A stretch of 61,239 nt of DNA, filler included, from Porpidia crustulata (Eukaryota): assembly GCA_964255105.1 (NCBI GenBank). It is 10 parts of 10 records of this genome, joined end to end, with 100 filler letters (N's around TTAATTAATTAA, not from the genome) between each part and the next. Parts side by side here need not be neighbours in the genome. Positions count along the whole stretch, not along the records: positions 12,299 to 18,345 come from CAXUWE010001646.1; positions 18,446 to 24,479 come from CAXUWE010001647.1; 8 more parts are not named here. One strand, written 5' to 3'. Under the pieces are notes generated by a model that ran no database searches, was not told the origin of the DNA, and saw only the letters and a list, made by a program, of their open reading frames with translations. The position numbers and the translations under genes are program-made. Of the stretch, positions 12,622 to 24,579 are shown piece after piece; the stretch's first letter is position 1; every line of letters begins with the position of its first letter.

Positions 12622-15600
12622 TCATTCATCGCTATCGTCCTCCACCACCTTCCTCCCACCCTTCCTTTGAGTATGCCCAGCTTTTACATTACCCTGGCTT
12701 CTGCTTTTCAACGCAGATGCAGAAATGAAGTCATTACCGACCAAAGTCTGGAAGCTTGGTAGGTCTTCGTCCGAATCAGAATTTGAAGCAACTGGTCGTT
12801 TCAACGGCTTGTGGGACGCCAAGGGCTTACTTAGGTTGGTCGAAAGTGGTGGTGAAGAGATCACGGATACTTGGTCAAGGTCCTGGTCTGTAGCATTATT
12901 GTTAGATGAGCTAAGCTCGTTGCGCGTAGTAGCCATTGCACCTAGTGCACGAGGACCGCCAGGTGCTCTCTCTGCGGAAGCGGTGAATGCTCGCGTTACC
13001 TTGGAACTAAGATCCTCATCTTGAAGCGAACGCGTAGGCGGGTCTTTGAAATATACCTGTCGTTGCTCCTCTTGAGCTAAACCTTGTTTCTTGTCCTCTG
13101 GATGGAGGGTTCTCTCGTAATCTTTAGATGCCATCTCCGTCATCGAGTGCACCGTGCTCAGCATGCTGACAAATCGCTTGGTAGCTATTCCATGATTGAC
13201 ATATTTGGTGCGCCGTAGTGATCGCTGTATTTCAGGGAACGCATCATTTCTGGGTATAGAGACAAGCTGTGGGGTGTCTCCTTTGATGTCGAGATAATTT
13301 CGTATAAACTCTCTTTCTTCGGCAGTATTTAAGGCCACCTCATCAAGTGAGGGTATAGGTTCCGGCTCCAGAGTCTTTTTAAGTTTCCCACGGGGACTCG
13401 CAGACACGCTATCGTCATCGCTGGCTTCGTCGTTGTCGAATCGAGATGCCTTGACAAAGCCAGTGCGGACACCGTCAGGCATATGGAATTTCTTTGCAGG
13501 TCGCTTCGGTTTCCTTCCTTTAACTTTTGGCTCTGGCAAATCCGATTGAGTATTCTCCGGAGGAATCTCGATGACTCTTTTGTCGACAGCTGGTTGTATT
13601 TCTCTAGGAATGATGCGTCGATTCTGCTCATCGTGAAATGCGAATTCTGTTCCCAGAGAGATCTTCTGCTGCATCTTCTCGTAGTTATCCTTGGCCTTGA
13701 TGAAATTGTTTTCTTCCTTACCTTTCATCAAGGTAACGACGATGTTGCCTGCTCGTTTCCTTCCGGTCCTTCCCATGCGCTGTAGCATCCGAATGGGCGA
13801 AGCAGAAGCATCGTAGCAAACAATTAGATCGACTTCTCCTATATCTAGACCTTCTTCGCCAATAGAAGTCGCGACCAATGTATTAAACACGCCCTTCTTG
13901 AAACTTTCAATGACATCGAGTTGTGTCTTTTGATCCATTCCTTCTGAACCTTTTGAGTTGGCCTGACCAACAAAAACACGAGGTCGTACAATTGGGTCAT
14001 TCCTTTTCAGAACCTTTGCTATCTCCTCTGCACTATCTCGAAAGTGCGCAAAGACCATAATCCTAGTACTCGATGGGGCAGTTTCTCCTTTGCCATCGCC
14101 GGCGTCGAGAAAATGATTGAGAACCACACTTTGCAGATACTCTAGCTTTGGGTGACCAACGAAGTCGGGGTTATTAATCCAGGCGTGGACCCTTGTCATC
14201 ATTGTTCGGAAAGACTCGGATTCGTTGATCTGCTTTCGATACTTGCTTCCTTTTTCACCACCAGCTTCGGTCTCATTTCGGAACGCCAAAACTTTGTGGT
14301 AGAAAGGGCCGATACCATGAAACTTAAGCAACTCGATTCCGTGTGCTAAACTGGCAAGCAAGCTAAAAATTGTATTCACCATGCCTTTGACCCCCATGTT
14401 GGCCTTTTGCCCGGCTTCTAGCATCCACTTTCTCCTGGCCTGATCGCATCCATAAGCCGTTAAGGTCATTGGATCCTTGGCCCAGTAAGCGTTCATGGCG
14501 TTGAGCTTGTTGAGCACGGGCTGAAGTGCCTTTGCAAACATTTCCATGATCATAACTATCTCATCCGAATTGTCAAAAAGCACCGTATCGATTCTGCGAG
14601 AGTACACGTACTGGCGAATATCAATTGACTCTTCTGTTCTAATCTCTACTCTTGATATGCCAAGTCCATCAATGACTTCCTGCACTTTCTCAATACTAGC
14701 TCCGGGTGTTGCGGTCAAAGCCAATACACGAAAGCTTGTGTTGAAACGTTGGAGAAATTTGACCACTTCGACATATGCGTAATTACCAGTTGCGCGGTGG
14801 GCTTCGTCAACAACCAGAAGTACGATTCTCTTAGGATCACAGATGCCAGTCTTCAAATCGTTAATGATTGTTTGTGGTGTCATGAAGAAGACCCTTTTGC
14901 GCAGCCATTCCTCTGCTCGCAGTCCAGGTGATATTCCCCCAGTCAGCATTGTGGTATTTGACCGAGGAATTCCAGCGATATCAAAGCACGCTTTGACTTG
15001 TTGCGATACCAAAGGTTTTGTAGGAGCAACGAAAACTATCTGTGCGTCTCGAGTCCATCGAAACCAATTGAGCATGATGGTTGCAGCAATAAATGTCTTG
15101 CCCAGACCGGTCGGTAATGCGACAAGTAGATTGTGGTATAACCCTCGAGCGACAATGCTGTACTGATAGTCGCGAATGCCACCAAGATTCATTGGGAAGA
15201 CCCATGTTTTCATCGCTTCTATGTCAAGCTTGTGGTGGGTCGCGGGCTCTTCTCGATTTGCAACTGGCCAATTCCGCTTCCTGTTGGACTGCGTTGAGAC
15301 CTCTTCAGCTTGCGTACCAAAAAGTGTAACCTGTCGTAGGTTTGTTTGCGGAGCAGCTAGTCTCTGCGGAGGCGGTTGAGTAGCCCAGTCTTGCCGATTG
15401 TCTTGCTGCGAAAGTACGAGTCTTGAATTAGTCGACATGTCAGGGCGAGGGGGCGATGGCGATGAGAACGCATCGGATGGCAAATCAGCAAGTACGTCCT
15501 CATAGCTTTGTTCCACTGTGTGCTTGCTAGTGTCCTCTGCTACTCTTGCCCCGAGACCATGGTGCGCCTGCTTAGCTCTGCCGGATGCTCCTTGGATGTT

Positions 15601-16116
15601 TATCTTGGCCTCAGCTCTACTAAGGTCATCTGGAAACAGAGGTAGACCTACAGCCAACTCATTATCCTCTTCTACAGCAGCTAGCAGTCTATCACTCTTA
15701 GGTCCCGTGGCTTGTCCTTGTGCGTCTCGATGTGTGGCCTCAGACGTTAGAGGTGGAGTTGGCCTTTTCGGCTTGCGCCACGCAAATTCATCAATCCTGT
15801 AAGGGCTTGAGGATCTCTGTGGCGGTTGCGTATAGAATGCGTCCTTAGGTAGTTCTGGATTTTTAGGGATATGAATCCTATATTTCGGCTTCTTGGCCTT
15901 CGGCGACTCCACTCCCTTGGGCTCTTCATCTGGAGTATTGGGTACATCTGACGATGGAGTAGTTGGTATATTTGAAGTTCCTGTCGACTGTGAATTAAAA
16001 CTATCCTGTTCCTCGTCGTTATTGCTAATGATCTGTTCGTCCCGAGAGTCGCTCAGTCGCCTGCGCTTGCTTGCTCGGTGTACAGGCTCTTCATCCTCGG
16101 TGTCTGACACTGTCAT
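12622..16116 (-). CDS. MPH1: FANCM-family ATP-dependent DNA helicase Mph1
   Basis: 1164-aa intronless ORF with LPTGLGKT, VVDEAHRATG, ALTATPG, VATSIGEEGLDIGEVD and QRMGRTGR, plus the fungal Mph1 motif KKFHMPDGVRTGF. Confidence 0.97.
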   Translation of the reverse strand: MTVSDTEDEEPVHRASKRRRLSDSRDEQIISNNDEEQDSFNSQSTGTSNIPTTPSSDVPNTPDEEPKGVESPKAKKPKYRIHIPKNPELPKDAFYTQPPQRSSSPYRIDEFAWRKPKRPTPPLTSEATHRDAQGQATGPKSDRLLAAVEEDNELAVGLPLFPDDLSRAEAKINIQGASGRAKQAHHGLGARVAEDTSKHTVEQSYEDVLADLPSDAFSSPSPPRPDMSTNSRLVLSQQDNRQDWATQPPPQRLAAPQTNLRQVTLFGTQAEEVSTQSNRKRNWPVANREEPATHHKLDIEAMKTWVFPMNLGGIRDYQYSIVARGLYHNLLVALPTGLGKTFIAATIMLNWFRWTRDAQIVFVAPTKPLVSQQVKACFDIAGIPRSNTTMLTGGISPGLRAEEWLRKRVFFMTPQTIINDLKTGICDPKRIVLLVVDEAHRATGNYAYVEVVKFLQRFNTSFRVLALTATPGASIEKVQEVIDGLGISRVEIRTEESIDIRQYVYSRRIDTVLFDNSDEIVMIMEMFAKALQPVLNKLNAMNAYWAKDPMTLTAYGCDQARRKWMLEAGQKANMGVKGMVNTIFSLLASLAHGIELLKFHGIGPFYHKVLAFRNETEAGGEKGSKYRKQINESESFRTMMTRVHAWINNPDFVGHPKLEYLQSVVLNHFLDAGDGKGETAPSSTRIMVFAHFRDSAEEIAKVLKRNDPIVRPRVFVGQANSKGSEGMDQKTQLDVIESFKKGVFNTLVATSIGEEGLDIGEVDLIVCYDASASPIRMLQRMGRTGRKRAGNIVVTLMKGKEENNFIKAKDNYEKMQQKISLGTEFAFHDEQNRRIIPREIQPAVDKRVIEIPPENTQSDLPEPKVKGRKPKRPAKKFHMPDGVRTGFVKASRFDNDEASDDDSVSASPRGKLKKTLEPEPIPSLDEVALNTAEEREFIRNYLDIKGDTPQLVSIPRNDAFPEIQRSLRRTKYVNHGIATKRFVSMLSTVHSMTEMASKDYERTLHPEDKKQGLAQEEQRQVYFKDPPTRSLQDEDLSSKVTRAFTASAERAPGGPRALGAMATTRNELSSSNNNATDQDLDQVSVISSPPLSTNLSKPLASHKPLKRPVASNSDSDEDLPSFQTLVGNDFISASALKSRSQGNVKAGHTQRKGGRKVVEDDSDE

Positions 16117-16352
16117 TTTTCAGGCTTGAGTGCCTTGAGTAAATTTCTCGTCACCACTGTAATCCGTCTGGATCTAGTGCAATAACTCAACTGACAATCT
16201 CTTTTAATGGGGATCTCGAGATTCTACAAATTCGTGAGAAACTATCTTTGGACCGTACAGGCACTCAGCACAGTCGATCGACCACTCATTAGGGTACATC
16301 ACCTGATACATCTCTTCAATGGGTAGAAATGTGTATAGTAACGATTCTATTG

Positions 16353-16370
16353 ACGCGTGGTGATAACGCG
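16353..16370. promoter_or_regulatory. Paired MCB-like elements (ACGCGT, ACGCG) upstream of MPH1
   Basis: ACGCGT at 16353-16358 and ACGCG at 16366-16370, about 240 bp upstream of the MPH1 ATG. Confidence 0.55.
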
Positions 16371-16538
16371 CTAGTTCGATAAGCCTTACAATGGGCTTAT
16401 CTAAAACTCCGTGCAAGGCAGCTCCAAACTCAACCGCTGCTTTGACAGGTTGTAGAAGTATAAAAGACTATGTACAATAAGTATATCTACACAATTGATC
16501 AAGTGTCGTAGGGATCTGCTTCTCCACACTTATCGCTA

Positions 16539-17883
16539 CTACACCTCATCCTTACTGACAACTTTCCCGTCCTTCACCAACCCTGGCGCGATCCAGGGTC
16601 TCCCAGGCTTGCCATCAATCGGTAACTCATTCAAGAATCCCCACTGACTCGTCTGCTTCCATCCTTTTTCTTGCCAGCTGTTGATACTACCCTTTGGAAA
16701 CCAATCACATATGTCCAGTAAACCGCCATCATGCGCAACGCATACAAATACGTTCTCATCAGCATCAAATTCCTCTAGGCGATCTACACTACGCTGTGCA
16801 ACCGGCGGATCGATGTACCAACCTCCGGGCTCTTGGGTAACTTGGTAGAACGGCTTCGTGCGCGCGTTTTCCTGATCTTGGTGGCAAGCTGTGAAGATAG
16901 AGCAGGGGCAGGGCATGCGGAAGCGGTGGCTGTCCAAAGGCGTACCGGGAGGAATTGTTGCAGGGAGGGGAGCATATGGAGTTGGTCGGAAAGAACCACC
17001 AAAGTGGCACACATCGCCGCCCATAAAGACAAAGGTTTTAGGGCCTGTGCGAGCAAGGGCAGAGATGTGGCCAACGGCGTGCTGTGCGAGAGGACACTTT
17101 GTGAGTGATCACCCATCGAGTCTGGAATGCTGTAGGGGACCTACTCCTGGCACATCGAGAATGTAAAAGCTACCGTCACCAAAGAAGTCATGGGATGGGT
17201 ACTGGCCGACTTTGTGTTGGTTATCAAACTCGATCTCAATTAAGTTGCGGCCTCTGTTTGACAAAGTCAGCATATCAGACGGGTCTTAGAAGAAGAAGTG
17301 GCTGCGAAATGGGTAAAAGGAATCAGGAATTCTGGATAGGGTAAATCTTAAGATGCATTGGCGCATACTCAAAGTCCGACTCCAGCACCGGTGAATCTTT
17401 GCTAGCAGGATAAGCCGGTAAAAAGGCCTTTTTGAATCCAGGTCCTACAATTACATCGGCAGACTTCGGAAACATGGAGGGATTCCCTGTGTGATCCCAA
17501 TGCCAGTGACTCCATACGATACCATCGACCTTACTTATATCCATACCACCATCTTTGAGGATGTCGGCCACATTCTTCTCGACATTCAAGCCCGGAATCC
17601 CGTTCTTTATCGATCCTGCAGCGGCTGGGGAAAGATTCCACCAATCTTTTCTACATCCAAGATCAAAGAGGATGGTCTTCCCTAGCTTTTTGTTCTCGAT
17701 GAGGAATGAGAAGGTTGGCATGTTTATGGTCTCGTGACCCTTCTGAACGGGCTGTACAAACGCCTTGGCCGGGACCACGATGTCGGTAGTGGTGTTAATA
17801 ATGTGTACCTCGACCGTGTTTGACTTGGATGTGTCTAAGTTGAGGGATGGGGAAGCCTTAGGATTGATGTCGTTATGCGCCAT
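16539..17883 (-). CDS. Metallo-beta-lactamase-fold hydrolase (lactonase/lactamase-like)
   Basis: LFDLGCRKDW, SHWHWDHTG (HxHxDH) and, after removing two introns, [27 protein letters not shown] and VCVAHD. Confidence 0.93.
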
Positions 17884-18345
17884 CTCTGCTACTTGGGCTG
17901 TTTCGGCTGTCTTCGATTATTGATGGACGGAAAATGTTCGAAGGACGCTTTGGGAGTATTTTTACAGCAAGGTGCTTCAGAAAATTTAATGGTGTCGATG
18001 TATAAATGACGGAGGAGGGGTATGCGGGGACGCATTGCCTCTGCGGCTTGCTGCTACCTTATGTCCGTGATCCGGAGCCAGTTGACGTATATGGAAGAGT
18101 TCTAGACCATGAGGAAAAGCACACAGTGGTCCAAATCGTCCTACGGGGGGCATCAAGAACCCAGACATAGATACAAACAATTTCTGAGAGAAGCAGAAGA
18201 AACGAGCGAAAAAGATACTGATCAAAGAAGAGGAAATATTAAACCGTAGCGTCGAATCAGGCAGATCTGGTATGAGATTGCGGAGCGCGAACGCGCTTCA
18301 TAAAGCGTTTCAAGTCCAAGATTATTGTCATCCAAAGATCTCATT

Positions 18346-18445
18346 NNNNNNNNNNNNNNNNNNNNNNNNNNNNNNNNNNNNNNNNNNNNTTAATTAATTA
18401 ANNNNNNNNNNNNNNNNNNNNNNNNNNNNNNNNNNNNNNNNNNNN
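18346..18445. other. Artificial contig linker
   Basis: 44 N + TTAATTAATTAA + 44 N. Confidence 0.99.
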
Positions 18446-18700
18446 CTATAATCCACCCCTCCGCCCGGATCTACTCTGGTGGATATTCTATCCTTAAGAA
18501 CCACCATTGAATTATAGCCTTCGTCAGCTATATTACTAGTATCCATACTGGCGCTCGTGGTCATTTAAAATATCTCAAGCTCCCAACATCGAGAAGTGCT
18601 TGCAGAGGTTCTTGGAAGTCGCTCTTTAATTGTCCAGGGCGCAGTCGTCGACTCTGCAGTATAGATCCGCTCAAGCAGCCATCTCAATCATTACGTGACC

Positions 18701-20973
18701 ATGGCAAGCACTCAAGGGCAGAAACCAAACCTGGATCGATACATCGTTATACATGTAGCAACTAGTGAGTGGCTCTCACCCTCTTTTTGCATATCGTCCA
18801 AATTTCTGACAACACTTTATCTAAGCCTGTGATGAACATGGAGTCTATGTAAGATATTGTCGTGAGAGGAAGCTGGCAATGTGTGTTGACCGGTTGGAAG
18901 GTTTCAAAAGACTCAGCCGAGGTCATTGAACTTGGCTGGGTTATGCTTGACGCCAAAAAATGCGAAGAGGTAAGGAAAAGCTATATACACCCGCAGAACC
19001 TGGCTCACGGACATGAATCTATAGATGCACCGCGAGAGCGTCCTGGTCAAACCCGTCAACACTCCTATAACCCCGCTGTGTAGTAAGTGCCGCAACATAA
19101 CGGTTCACCGCAGACTTCCGAAGCCCATTGATAGCTGATTTGCCTTTCAGCGAGCCTAACAACTTTGACCTGGGAGCACGTCCGCACAGCTGGGTCCTTC
19201 CGCGACGCAATTAATCGTTTTGATACTTTTGCCCAAGAGCATTTGCTGCCCAAGAATCTCGAATTTTCTTTTGTCACCCTCGATTCGTGGGACTTGCGCG
19301 TCCAGCTTCCTCGGGAAGCACGAGACAAGGCTGTTGTGCTACCCCCATATCTCCAGCACTCCCGTACCTTTGACCTGCGTACGGAGTACCAGCGCTGGCA
19401 GCAACATCATCCGGAGTCATTACCATTTGGTCCAAGCTCCCTTGCTAATATATGTGCTGCCCTGGAGGTTGAGCCAGTTCAGTCTTCGGCACCGATAAAG
19501 CACAATTTGCCATTTCACTTGCAAGCGCTGGCGCCCGCTTCACCGCGGCGAGCGATGGAAGAGGCTGTCACTCTGGCACGGGTGCTTCGTGGACTAATTC
19601 ACAAATCCCAGCCACCCCACGAACATCCAGATGTTCTGACCAGGCCAATGGATGCCAGAGCAGATGTTCGCGCGTTCCTGTCAGAGCGAAGTAAGGTGCT
19701 GCATATGAGTGGCCTTCCTCATGACACTACCCAGTCCGAACTCGAGAGTTGGTTCACCCAGTTTGGTGGTCGCCCTATTGCATTCTGGACCCTACGTACC
19801 CCGGACCAACATAAACCTACTGGCTCTGGGTTTGCGGTATTCTCGTCGCACGAAGAGGTTAGTGCATTTCATTATATCTCTCTGCCAACGGTGTCTCTTT
19901 GATGCTACCTGTCCCGCCCAGCGTAGCGAATTCTCTCATTTTCTTTGCTCTGCCTCCGCCGATGATGAAAATGGCCGCACTCCTTATTTGCATTGGATGA
20001 ATTCTGACCCCATCTCACACAGGCAGCGGAGAGTCTTTGTATGAACGGCCGAGCCTTGAATGAAAAGGCTATAGAGGTTTCTCCATCCTCGAGCCGCGTT
20101 CTCGACCGCGCTGCAGAAATTCTGACACCGTTCCCTCCAAGTAAAAATCGGCCTCGACCCGGAGATTGGACATGCCCATCTTGTGGATTCTCAAATTTCC
20201 AGCGCCGTACAGCCTGTTTCCGTTGTTCTTTCCCCGCCGTTTCGGCAGCTCCAGGCGGAGATCCAATGGGTTACTCCACTTACGGTTATGGTGCTCCGCA
20301 CATGATGGCTCCTCACCACCATATGGGCCACCATGGCGGACACGGTATGGGCCATGGTCGTGGTATGGGCGGTGGTGGTGGTGGCATGGTACCTTTCCGA
20401 GCTGGAGATTGGAAGTGTGGATCTGAAGGATGTGGTTACCACAATTTCGCCAAGAATGTCAGCTGTCTGCGTTGTGGTGCTAGTCGCGCTGGCGCTGCGG
20501 TAGTTGCTGATTCAGCCTTTCCCTCACCATTAGAGCCACCATCTGGCTATGGCATGGGTCCTCCATCCATGGCCGGTACTCCCGGTCCAGGTCCGTTTGC
20601 TTCAGCCACTGGAGGATTCGGCTCTGGCGGGTTTGGCGGCCAACAATATGGAGGTCCACCCAGCCAATATGCGCTACCGTCTGGACTTGGTGCGCCGACC
20701 GGTGCCTATCCTCCAGCCAACGCAGGATACAATCAAGGTAGCGGCGGCCATTCGGGAGGGCCGTTTGATAGCCGAGCGGCCGAAGCCGCCTTCTCCTCTG
20801 CTGGTAACGGTCCACCTACTGGAGTGCCCAATGGATCTTCCTACGGCCCCAACTATGGTAACATGGACGGAGGATCATCGGATCCTTTTGCCTTCCTCTC
20901 CACTGGACTTGGCGGTCTGTCAATGAGCGATGACGCCCGAAGAAACGGCAATTCGAACAAATCCCCTGCGTAA
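18701..20973 (+). CDS. NRP1: RNA-binding protein with exonuclease-like domain, RRM and two RanBP2-type zinc fingers (Nrp1/Dri1 family)
   Basis: Spliced N-terminus LDRYIVIHVATTCDEHGVYVSKDSAEVIELGW; RRM (VLHMSGLP...GSGFAVF); zinc fingers RPGDWTCPSCGFSNFQRRTACFRC and RAGDWKCGSEGCGYHNFAKNVSCLRC; Gly/Pro-rich tail; five introns. Confidence 0.9.
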
Positions 20974-22168
20974 TTAGGGCGGCTCGGTGCAATCCATATG
21001 TCGGTGGCCGTTGGTGGGGTTTGTGGGATATCATAGAATGCAAAAAGAAAGGGGGTCGGAAATAGTCATCGGTTTTCCTTGCGCTGCAGCGGAGTTTGAT
21101 CGTTGGAGCGACCTTTTCATGCGGGAGCGGCTACGATCAGGATATGGCAAGGGTATAGATGTCCATATTGTCAGCATAGCGGGATGGACAGCCAGGGCGG
21201 TGTTGGGGGTCTCCGGGGGGGAAATGGAATACCCAAAAAAGCGTCGGTGGGGTTTCTAGATTGGTGGATCGCGTTGTGTCAGCTTCTCTTCTCCGCGTCG
21301 GTTGCGTTTGCGCTTTTCGTTCTATTCGAGCTTCGTTCTTTGGTGTGACGTTCCATTGTTTTCGATTCATTGGCTAGCTTGGGAGATAGAGATAGGATGC
21401 CTTGGAGGCAAGGCATGGAGCAAGGGTCAGATGGCGGGTTGGCTACGGAAAAATCAATATGTATCGGTCGCGTCGCAAAGGCCTCGTTCGGGGGAGTTGT
21501 TGGAGGTGGTGGAGGGGAATTTGATGTAGCATAATCGGGATCGCTTTTAGATAGGTACAAATAGGGCATACCACATAGCCGTGAGGTGCTCGAGAACGAT
21601 GTCGGTGCCAATACGCTCCATTCGGCCAAATGATGAATCTGGGTCGTGTCTGACACAATGGGACTAGCACTAGGGCTAAATTTCCGGTTATCACCAGCTC
21701 ACCCTATCAGCCTAGTCTTGAAATCTCGGCTACAGCGGCAAACGGCACAATTATCCGGGACGGCGTTAACGGATGTAGATTCGTCAATCCCAAAGTAGAT
21801 GTTTTATGCATCAAGACGTCACTGCAAAAATGACACTAGTACTCAGTGACTGTTGTCCGCTCAGTAAGGTATTCGGGAGGGGAAGTAGAGGCAAAAGGAA
21901 TTATGCAAAGATTAATGCATGATGCTCCCGAATCTCATTTCTCTATATCTTCTTATGCTCGGATGCTTGTGGACATCCTTTCCGTTGACCGAGTCCTGTT
22001 GAGTAATTACTAATATCAATATGAACGTGAGAACAGGAATAAGAACAATGCTGATTACTCTCTCTTTTTCCTACTGCTCGTAAATACTATTCTGAAAGTC
22101 TTACTATTTCGCCCTACCTTCATCTTCTTCCCAGTGTCTCCTCCAGAGTTGAAAGCTTGCTATTCACC

Positions 22169-23966
22169 ATGACTGCAGCAAGCAGCGTTGCCTCTTCATC
22201 ACCTACCCTCACCAAAATGGACTCTGAATCCGTCTCAAAGAGGAAAGTCCCTCCCCACTGGCATGTGGTGGCTTCGCAAGCTCTAGTAACGCCTGCTGTC
22301 CTCCACCACCACTATCATGGCTCGGGAACGAAAAAAGACCCCTTTGTGGTTGAATTTATACCAAACGATCCTCGGGATCCTATGAACTTTTCACAAACCA
22401 AGAAATGGTCGATCACAATGCTGGTTGCTGTTGCTACATTAGCGGTGGCCTTCGTCTCCTCCGCGTACACTGGAGGTGTCAATCAAATTATACTGCAATT
22501 CGGAGCCAGTGAAGAAGTCGTTACGCTTGGAGTGTCGCTGTTTGTGCTTGGGGTAAGGATTTTTCAACTCGCCAAATCTGACAGGAGGCTAAAACATGTT
22601 GTAGTTTGCAATTGGCCCTCTTTTGTGGGCCCCACTGTCTGAGCTTTACGGAAGACAAATTCTCTTCTTCGGAACTTACGGCGTTCTCACTGCTTTCAAT
22701 GCTGGAGCGGCCGGTTCGCAAAACATTCAAACTCTAATTATCCTTCGATTCTTCGCTGGCGCGTTCGGATCGTCGCCCTTGACGAATGCAGGTGGGGTCA
22801 TTGCAGATATGTTCCCGGCGTCGCAACGAGGGCTCGCCATGTCGGTCTTCGCAGCCGCGCCGTTCATGGGTCCCACATTGGGACCTATCGTTGGGGGATT
22901 TCTGGGAGAAGCAAAGGGTTGGAGATGGGTGGAAGGCCTCATGGCCATCTTCACTGGGGTCCTTTGGATCATTGGCTCCCTCACGATCCCAGAGACCTAT
23001 GCGCCGGTCCTTCTTCGCAAACGAGCCGCCGAGCTTAGCAAGAGAACGGGCAAAGTTTATCTCTCGAAGCATGAAGTCGTCCATGGCACACCGGCTCTTG
23101 GGGAATCCTTTCAAATTGCTCTTTCTCGTCCCTGGATCCTTCTCTTCCGCGAACCTATTGTCCTCCTGCTATCCATCTACATGGCAATCATCTATGGAAC
23201 CCTCTACATGATGTTCGCGGCCTTCCCCATCGTCTTCCAGCAACAACGTGGCTGGTCCGAAGGTGTCGGTGGTCTGGCTTTTTTGGGAGTCGCAGCTGGC
23301 ATGTTCGCCGCGGTTGTATACACAATCCCAGACAATAAGCGATATAACCGCGTCGCCGATGCTGCGATTAGCAAAGGAGCCCGCAGCGCGCCCCCGGAAG
23401 CTAGACTGCCACCTAGCATGATCGGCAGCGTTTTCATTCCCGTTGGTTTGTTCATCTTCGCCTGGACGAACTACCCTAGTATCCACTGGATCGTCTGCAT
23501 CATCTTCACTGCGCCCTTTGGTTTCGGCATGGTCCTTGTTTTCTTGTCAATAATGAATTACCTCATCGACGCCTACACCATCTACGCCGCATCGGTCCTC
23601 GCCGCCAACTCCGTCCTCCGAAGCTTGTTCGGCGCCATTTTCCCCCTTTTCACGACGTACATGTACAACCGACTCGGCATCCACTGGGCAAGCACGATCC
23701 CTGCCTTTCTGGCCCTGATGTGCGTTCCCTTTCCCTTTTTGTTTTACCGGTACGGGTCCGAGATTAGGAAACGATGCAAATTCGCCAGGGAGGCCGAAGA
23801 GGCGATGGCGGAGACGCGCGAGGCGCAGCAGGAGGTAGAGGGAGGTAAGGAGACAGAGAAAGGGGGAAAGGCGAACCCGGAAACCCAAAAGTATGGCCCT
23901 GCTGAGGCGGATCGTGGTGATGCGGAGGACGTGGAGAAAGATCTGGAGAGAGGAGAGAAATTATGA
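22169..23966 (+). CDS. MFS drug:H+ antiporter, DHA1 family (TPO/FLR1-like)
   Basis: [54 protein letters not shown] and [12 protein letters not shown]; intron 22553-22604. Confidence 0.95.
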
Positions 23967-24053
23967 GGAGCACGAAGTTGAGATGATTTGGATAAAATTT
24001 TGGTGATGCATCAGCGATTTAGCGGGCGGGAATATCATTCCGACATTATTAAT

Positions 24054-24146
24054 TTATGAACATATAGCGAGGACGCATATATGGGATAGCCTTTACGGCA
24101 ATTTTTACTTATGAACATATAGCGATGACATATACATGAAATAGAC
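24054..24146. repeat. Imperfect direct repeat, two ~38-bp copies 55 bp apart
   Basis: TTATGAACATATAGCGA is identical at 24054 and 24109; the rest of each copy differs mostly by transitions. Confidence 0.8.
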
Positions 24147-24479
24147 TACATATTATATATACAACTCCATCACTGACTTGTAGAACTCGTTCAACGACCA
24201 CCGCCAAAGTCAAGGCCTTAAGAATCACACTTCAGCATATCAACACAAAGTATGTAAACTCCGGCAGTGGTCTGTCTCCTCTTCCTCCTGCTGTAACTGT
24301 TCCGTTTATAATTAACCCAAACCCATTCATTCCCTCCAGAATCCAACTAACAACCTCATCTCCAAAACGACCACGACAGATGTCAACCGGATTTCTGCTG
24401 CACGCGTTGAAACTTATACTTTATACCCCATATCTCAACCCTACACTCCAAACCTTATATCTCAAACCCTCCCCTCAAC

Positions 24480-24579
24480 NNNNNNNNNNNNNNNNNNNNN
24501 NNNNNNNNNNNNNNNNNNNNNNNTTAATTAATTAANNNNNNNNNNNNNNNNNNNNNNNNNNNNNNNNNNNNNNNNNNNN
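24480..24579. other. Artificial contig linker
   Basis: 44 N + TTAATTAATTAA + 44 N. Confidence 0.99.

Noticed and set aside
16385..16401. ACAATGGGCTTA resembling the RNase MRP/P 3' conserved region
   Set aside because: No matching upstream GAAAGUCCCC-type partner; explained by a local hairpin in the MPH1 promoter.
19962..20007. ATGATGA...CTGA inside the NRP1 intron as a C/D snoRNA
   Set aside because: Only 46 nt long, and the CTGA is the intron branch site.
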